A DNA stretch of 64,000 nucleotides, taken from NCBI RefSeq assembly GCF_052425735.1, contig NC_135766.1:21328001-21392000 (forward strand), written 5' to 3'. Source of the stretch: Oculina patagonica. Lineage: Eukaryota. The notes beneath the pieces were generated by a model. That model saw nothing but the letters and a program-made list of their open reading frames with translations, searched no databases and had not been told where the DNA came from. This document shows positions 62,901 to 64,000 of this stretch, in pieces. Position 1 is the stretch's first letter. Each line of letters starts with the position of its first letter. The translations under genes and the position numbers were made by a program.

Positions 62901-63591
62901 GTTCTATTACCACTTTGGTGACATTCATTTTAAACGGTGCGTTTAATGTTCTATTATTACTGGGAATTGCGAGCCGCGAAAACATCATTTAGGGTTTAAC
63001 GATTACAATAGAATCCCGATTTCTTCTACTCTCGGCTTCTCAAACCAATCGATTTCTCAAACATATTTTCGTTTCCCGGGATAGTACTTCTCTGTAATTC
63101 TACCCCCATTTCTTGAATCTTCCTATTTTTCAAAGCAATTTATGTTTTCCCGAGAGGTTCGAGAAATCGGCATTCTACTGTATAAGCCAAAATTGTTTGC
63201 TATTTCCAATTGACAGCTTTTTTTTTTCTTTTTAAAGACTTAAAATGAACTGTGCAGCAAATCCTTTAGTTATAGACTAGATTTCGGAACATTGAAAAAG
63301 TTAAAAGATAATTACTTCAGTTCTGCCATGCAATAAGACCTCTTGGTTTTAATGTTTTGTCCTGTTTTTAATCTCAGTCGTGATATGTTTTTGGATGCCG
63401 CAAAACAATTACAGTATGTTGTATTTCGAAATGAAAACGCAAAATGTCTGTTAGGTTTTATGGCACCACGTTTTTGTTCGCATTTGTATTCTTTCTTTTT
63501 AATTTACATTAACATAAAGGTTGTTCATGTGTGGTTTAGTAGCCATCCAAGCACCATTTTTCTTTCTATGACAGGGAGCCCTGAGGTTATT

Positions 63592-63784
63592 ATGGCGTCA
63601 GCCCCGGAGGAAAGAAATGCCAAGAGAAATAAATACGTGGTATCCGTGACACCTTCCCGCAGCCCTAATCGGCGATGTTTAGTGTTCATTTTGGTTGTTG
63701 TTGCTCTGGTTGCGATAGCGGTCCTCTTTGCAACATTACTTCCAATTAACGTGAAGAGCAGTGGAGAGAATAAAAGCAATCATG
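63592..63784 (+). CDS. First coding exon of another type-II membrane protein (gene runs off right edge)
   Basis: Polypyrimidine tract plus acceptor ACAG at 63574, ATG 63592 (TATGGCG), MASAPEERNAKRNKYVVSVTPSRSPNRR followed by hydrophobic CLVFILVVVALVAIAVLFATLLPI, and phase-1 donor G|GTAAAC at 63784. Confidence 0.65.
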
Positions 63785-64000
63785 GTAAACTACACTCTTT
63801 TCTATTCCAAAACTCGTTTACTTATAAGTTAACGCACTTATGGAATCAGCTCCCTTCTTACATCAAACTAGCCTGTGAACAGGCTCTCCTGTCGAGGATG
63901 GGACGAAAAGAAAGCGGGAAAGAGGGGGGAGGAAGGAAGAAAGGAAGAGGGTTGGCTAACATCAAGCATTCTTCTAACTTGAGACTTTTAAAATAATTTA

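Noticed and set aside
63343-63996. Full 217-aa ORF as a single-exon gene
   Set aside because: Only 63592-63784 looks coding and is bounded by splice signals; the rest is intronic or repeat-like (LINE-like 'KLTHLWNQLP' fragment, CTAGCCTGTGAACAGGCT repeat start).

Overview
AT-rich, intron- and transposon-dense animal genomic DNA. The repeat landscape and gene set suggest a stony coral or other anthozoan (inference). From left to right: (1) the 5' 14 coding exons of a Slo1/BK-family K+ channel on the minus strand, running off the left edge, with an unusual voltage sensor (R213-equivalent = Q) and no RCK1 Mg2+-site glutamates; (2) a complete 5-exon histone H2A.Z gene (minus); (3) a type-II membrane-anchored CILP-like gene (plus; TM, Ser/Thr stalk, TSP1, Ig, CILP C-region) in which a TIR element sits exactly on the exon-3 splice donor; (4) a segmental duplicate (24805-32520 copied to 50311-54820) carrying the H2A.Z promoter with its ATG-only exon and the CILP first (TM-anchor) exon; and (5) a third 'MAS..'-type anchor exon at the right edge. 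The headline candidate is in (4): the duplicated anchor exon splices in frame (phase 1) to a single intronless 2.25-kb exon encoding a prokaryote-type GLUG-repeat beta-helix. This looks like a chimeric surface protein made from an animal anchor plus a probably horizontally acquired ectodomain, within a cluster of phase-1 anchor exons with different ectodomains. Many MITEs/non-autonomous DNA transposons with readable TIRs and TSDs, a LINE RT, a Penelope remnant and tRNA-derived SINEs are also present. Exon models were derived by hand from GT/AG sites and reading-frame continuity. Family assignments are from recognition, not database searches.
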